A DNA stretch of 63,566 bases, filler included, from Guillardia theta CCMP2712 (Eukaryota > Protista > Cryptophyta): NCBI RefSeq assembly GCF_000315625.1. It is 4 parts of 4 records of this genome, joined end to end, with 100 filler letters (N's around TTAATTAATTAA, not from the genome) between each part and the next. Parts side by side here need not be neighbours in the genome. Positions count along the whole stretch, not along the records: positions 62,353 to 63,566 come from NW_005434062.1; 3 more parts are not named here. One strand, given 5' to 3'. Below are positions 62,387 through 63,566 of this stretch, one piece after another. Each line of letters starts with the position of its first letter. Positions within the stretch are counted from its first letter, which is position 1. Both the position numbers and the translations under genes were made by a program. Under the pieces are notes generated by a model. It did no database searches. It was given only the letters and a program-made list of their open reading frames with translations, and had not been told where the DNA came from.

Positions 62387-63566
62387 CTAGTCGCTCCCCG
62401 TCCACAACCTTGGGTCTACAAGCTCATCGTCGGTGATGGCCCAGTAAGGGACTTTGCCGTAAGTCCAGACCTCCCACAGCGTCACCCCGAACGCCCACAC
62501 GTCGCTCTTCTCCGAGTAGCGATGTCTCAGCAAGCTCTCCGGCGCCATCCATCGCGCCCGTCCAGCCCTCGAGCCTGCCGAGCTCTCGCTCCCTACCCGA
62601 CTCACTCCGTCACCGCGCGAGCCCATGATCCATCGCCCGTAGTCGGCTACCTTGACCCTCACCCCGAGGTGATCCTGCCCTTGCAGACTCCAGACAAGCA
62701 CGCTCCTCGCCGCCAGCTCCCGGTGTACAACCTCGTGCAGCGACAGCTGCTCCATCCCGTCGCAGATCTGCCTCGCCACCTCCAGCTGCACCAGCTCGCC
62801 CACCGTCTCCTCCTCCTCCGCGAAGCTGCGCAAGGTCCTCTCGAGAGAGCCCTGGCAAGCGTACTCAGTCACCAGGCAGTAGTCGCCAGAGCTTGGCTCG
62901 ACGGTGACGGCGAGGAGGCCAAGCAGGCTGCGGTGACGGCCCAGCTGGTGCCAGGTCTTGACCTCCTGCTCGAGAGCTTGTCTGCTGGCAGTGTCTCCGC
63001 TGCCTCGGATACGTAGGATGGCCACGTCAGCGGTGCTGGCGTGCGGCTGCAGCCAGCGAGCCTTGTAGACGAGCTTGGAGGAGCCTGAGCCGACCTGACG
63101 ACTGTCGACCAGGCTGTTGTAGTCCACCGATCGTACGCTTCCCAGCTGGAGACGAGAGGATCACGTCAGTCATCGACCCTCGCTCCGACACAAACAGGAC
63201 CTGAGCAACAGCGCCCTGCTGGTTGTCGTCGTCAGACGCCTGCTGCTCCACGTCTCTCCGCTGGCGCTTGCGCTGGCGCTTCTTGCTCTTGTCGCTTCTA
63301 CACCTCTCATGTCGCTCGATCCCCTCCTGCGCGGGCTTGACGCTGCCTTGCAGTGCCGCTGACAGAAGCTCCCCGCTCCGTCGCCGCCGCATCCAGCCCT
63401 CTATCTTGCTCGCCAGCTCCTCGTCCTGCCTCTCTCGCGCTGCCTCCGCCGCTGTTCGTCCCAGCGAGTCTCGCAGCTCCCCGAGCTCTCCGCCCCCGAC
63501 CTCCAGCAGCCTCTCACAGACAGACCAGATGCCTCGCGCCGCCGCCACGTGCAGCGCCGAGCCATC
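62387..63566 (-). CDS. Ankyrin-repeat + tyrosine-kinase-like (pseudo)kinase, 5'-partial
   Basis: Ankyrin SALHVAAARG...RDSLGRTA; kinase GSGS..VY, HRELAARS, ADYG, RWMAPE, SDVWAFGVTLWEV.TYG..PY. The two frames are probably joined by an intron near 63150-63200. Confidence 0.8.

Overview
Eukaryotic, intron-rich, microsatellite-rich nuclear DNA. The gene style and TTTAGGG telomere motif would fit an alga or protist such as a cryptophyte, but that is inference. The window joins four separate sequences through artificial N-TTAATTAATTAA-N linkers (about 16.7, 43.25 and 62.3 kb), so adjacency across these joins carries no biological meaning. Segment 1 holds a three-copy cluster of bHLH-PAS-like genes (one inverted duplicate, two copies apparently disabled, mosaic structure) and an EF-hand gene. 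Segment 2 holds a CNG/KCNH-type channel, a perilipin-like gene, an ankyrin gene, a PITP fragment, a 34-bp minisatellite, an HTH/AT-hook-like gene and an EML5/6-like WD40 gene. Segment 4 holds an ankyrin plus tyrosine-kinase-like pseudokinase. The main result is segment 3 (43309-62252), which consists entirely of a head-to-tail array of non-LTR retrotransposons separated by short (CCCTAAA)n telomeric tracts. Their 2479-aa ORF2 combines a Ulp1/C48 protease, an AP endonuclease, a reverse transcriptase, a degenerate RNase H and a CCHC plus PD-(D/E)xK restriction-like endonuclease, i.e. a Dualen/RandI-like dual-endonuclease layout. The elements end in AATAAA plus a (CTA)n tail joined to the telomere repeat at the same phase in both visible junctions. 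Two divergent ORF1 subfamilies each carry their own 5' tandem-repeat array.
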